DNA of 64,000 nucleotides from Chloroflexota bacterium (lineage in GTDB: Bacteria > Chloroflexota > Dehalococcoidia > SM23-28-2 > RBG-16-64-32). Position numbers and translations under genes: made by a program. Shown piece by piece: positions 61,887 through 64,000 of this stretch (position 1 is the first letter of the stretch; each line of letters begins with the position of its first letter). The notes under the pieces are model-generated. The model ran no database searches. It saw nothing but the letters and a program-made list of their open reading frames with translations, and was not told the origin of the DNA. The stretch is from positions 190,886-254,885 of the forward strand of contig JAJCYV010000022.1 in the NCBI GenBank assembly GCA_029262695.1. Direction: 5' to 3'.

Positions 61887-62423
61887 TCAGGCGCCTCCTG
61901 CGGATCCGTCGGAGCGAGCGGCCACGTGCTGTTCCCAGTAGCGGCGGAAGATGGCGAGGCCCCAGCGGTAACCCCAGGCGTCGCCGAGGCTGTTCGCCAC
62001 GTTGGCGGAGAAGATGTAGAAGAAGATCATCAGGCCGAAGAAGGCCGTGACGGACCACCACGTGACGCCGGCAAACGCCAGCGGAACCAGCGCCAGCGCG
62101 ACGCCGGTCGTCAGGCCTGCCCAGGCGATCGTGCGCACGACGGCGCCCTCGCGGCCCCGCCGGCGGCGGTGTCCCTCGATCACGTCGAGCGGCACGCTCT
62201 CGACGGTGGCGGTCTCGGCGGTGGGCGTTCCGCAGTGAGGGCAGTCGCCGTCCCCGGCCTGGCGCGGGTGATAGCAGTTGCCGCAGAAGCGGCCGGTGTT
62301 GGGAGCACGACCGGCAAGCACCTCATCCAGCCAGGCAACGAGGCGCGCGGAGACGATCTCGTCCCCCGCGCCTCCGGGCGCCTCGGAGCCGGAAGGCCGC
62401 TCGCCGGCCCGCGCCTGCGTCAC
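61887..62423 (-). CDS. Zinc-ribbon + two-TM hypothetical protein
   Basis: FCGNC...CPHCG; C-terminal TM helices. Confidence 0.7.
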   Translation of the reverse strand: MTQARAGERPSGSEAPGGAGDEIVSARLVAWLDEVLAGRAPNTGRFCGNCYHPRQAGDGDCPHCGTPTAETATVESVPLDVIEGHRRRRGREGAVVRTIAWAGLTTGVALALVPLAFAGVTWWSVTAFFGLMIFFYIFSANVANSLGDAWGYRWGLAIFRRYWEQHVAARSDGSAGGA

Positions 62424-62425
62424 GT

Positions 62426-62827
62426 CTAGTCGATGCCCATCGTGGCGACCTGATCGGCCCGGATCACGAAGAGCAGCCGCTGCTCGCCCGGCTGCAGGTT
62501 CGGATACTCGTCGAGACCCATGTACTTCTTGGCCAGCTTGTGGATGTTCTCCAGCGCACCCTCGCTCCGCACCTCGGCCACCTCGCCCTGGATCGACGCC
62601 GACTGGTACGGCACGTCCTGGTTGTAGATCGAGATCGCGACGCGGGGATCGCGACGGACGTTGCGGGGCTTGATGCGCCCTTCGGCCGTGTTCACGAGGA
62701 TACTGTCGCCCTCGATATCCACCCAGACAGCGCTGACCTGCGGCGAGCCGTCGGGCATTATCGTGGCCAGGTGGCCGAAGTTCTTCCCTTCGAAAAGGGC
62801 GCGGACGCCGGGACTAAGAGTTGCCAT
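62426..62827 (-). CDS. PPOX-class F420-dependent oxidoreductase
   Basis: LAT..PDGSPQVS.VW, K.RN.RRDPRVA. Confidence 0.92.
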   Translation of the reverse strand: MATLSPGVRALFEGKNFGHLATIMPDGSPQVSAVWVDIEGDSILVNTAEGRIKPRNVRRDPRVAISIYNQDVPYQSASIQGEVAEVRSEGALENIHKLAKKYMGLDEYPNLQPGEQRLLFVIRADQVATMGID

Positions 62828-63092
62828 CGTAACGAAGCTCCTTCTTCCAACATTTTCGGTGGTCGCCAACGCATCGTAACAGCGGCACGATCGTCATGCC
62901 CCGGTTAGGGAGCCGGGGAGATTGAGTTAATCGGGGCCGGGAACGCCCTCGGGCCGTATCGATGAGCGCCGTCCAGCGTCTGTCATTGTGCGAGGACCGG
63001 GCGCGCGTCCGGCTCGTGAGCCGAATAAAGCAGCCCGAACCGCGAGCGGCGCCCCCTCTTCGCCGCGGCGAAGGCACAAGAAGGAGCCTCCC

Positions 63093-64000
63093 ATGGCGTG
63101 GTTGACCTCACTGCTCAACAGACCGGAGACCACCGAAGATGAGCGCGCGCCCTCCGAGCAGGACACGCTCGCAGCCGAGGAAGCGGCCGCGCGGCGGCCC
63201 GCTCCCGGCAGTCCGCCGTTAGCAATCCTGTCGCCGGACATCGGAGGCATCAGTTCGTTCAGCCTGCGCTTCTTCGCCGACGCCGCGACCGCCGCAGCAG
63301 ACATCGAGCAGCTCACGCCGGAGATGCGCCGCGGCACGCACGCCTTCTGGGCGCTGCACGACGAGCCGGTGCTCCCACCCGACGGTCACCGCGAAGCGCT
63401 CGTCCTCATCCGCGCCAACCACACGTCGGACATCGTCTACGCCGTCTCGTTCGTCGACCTGGAGAGCGCGTGGTCGTTCGCCCGCTTTGAGGCCAAGCGC
63501 GGCCTCGACGTCTCACATCTGATTATCCTCTGGGCCGCCTTCGCCACAGTCCGCGAGGAGCTGGACGGCGTCAGCGTTCTGCCCGCTTCAGCGCCGGCGA
63601 CCAGGGCCCAACACGCCAGGGCGTACCCGGGCCAGAGCGCCGTAGAGCTCGCGGCCACTGAGACCGTCCGCGAGTACGAGCGTGCCGAGGAGCCGACGAT
63701 CACCGACAGCGCCGCCGCTCCTGAAGCGCCCGAAGAAGCGGGACTCGCTGAGGCCGAGACCGAACGTCGCGAGGAGGCTGCCCGAGCGAGACTCGCTGAG
63801 GCCGAGACCGGGCGCCGCGAGGAGGCGGCCCGGCGCGCCGAAGCTGACGAAGCTGCCCGCATCGCCAGGCAGGCGCAGGAAGAGCTGCGGGCAGCGCGCG
63901 CGGCTGCCGACGCCGCTCGCGCCGTCGCCGAAGCCGAGACGACACGGCGCGAGGAGGCCGAGCGCCGCCTGGAAGAGCAGCGACAGGCCGCCGAGGCCGC
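63093..64000 (+). CDS. Hypothetical protein with globular N-terminal domain and Ala/Glu/Arg coiled coil; runs off window
   Basis: AAGGAG RBS, MAWLTSLLNRP...; EAET.RREEAAR repeats; absent from the ORF track because it has no stop in the window. Confidence 0.75.
   Translation, partial: MAWLTSLLNRPETTEDERAPSEQDTLAAEEAAARRPAPGSPPLAILSPDIGGISSFSLRFFADAATAAADIEQLTPEMRRGTHAFWALHDEPVLPPDGHREALVLIRANHTSDIVYAVSFVDLESAWSFARFEAKRGLDVSHLIILWAAFATVREELDGVSVLPASAPATRAQHARAYPGQSAVELAATETVREYERAEEPTITDSAAAPEAPEEAGLAEAETERREEAARARLAEAETGRREEAARRAEADEAARIARQAQEELRAARAAADAARAVAEAETTRREEAERRLEEQRQAAEA

Noticed and set aside
62880-63090. Possible riboswitch upstream of the last ORF
   Set aside because: GC-rich hairpins only; no recognisable aptamer consensus by eye

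Overview
High-GC bacterial chromosome segment, most consistent with Chloroflexota (Dehalococcoidia-like; inferred from F420-dependent enzymes, GAAC-N4-GTTC SOS boxes and Cys-containing dockerin-like tails). It is mostly housekeeping and catabolic genes: korAB, a glutaredoxin-TrxR fusion, three tandem ALDHs, fumC, typA, pdxT, tmk, rpsT, thrB, aspartokinase, MenA-like and HIT. No rRNA, tRNA, CRISPR, integrase or transposase was seen. Three systems stand out. (1) 30179-35217: a MalT-like STAND-TPR-wHTH-BTAD regulator is followed by five unannotated 26-43 aa peptide genes, heptamer direct-repeat boxes, a structured RNA and a DUF5317 membrane protein, suggesting a peptide-signalling cassette. (2) 57005-61884: a phage-type terminase + portal module lies among housekeeping genes, with no integrase or capsid gene in view, behind two promoters that each carry a LexA box in the spacer (domesticated, SOS-inducible, GTA-like candidate). 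(3) A membrane Ser/Thr kinase ending in a cohesin-like domain sits in an ABC/FHA-wHTH/PP2C module, and two secreted proteins in the window carry dockerin-like tails. Also present: a leader-peptide attenuator, a candidate CRP-activated sRNA, GTAG REPs, a tandem SCP2 duplication and a direct-repeat-flanked orphan gene. All domain calls come from motifs read by eye; no searches were run.
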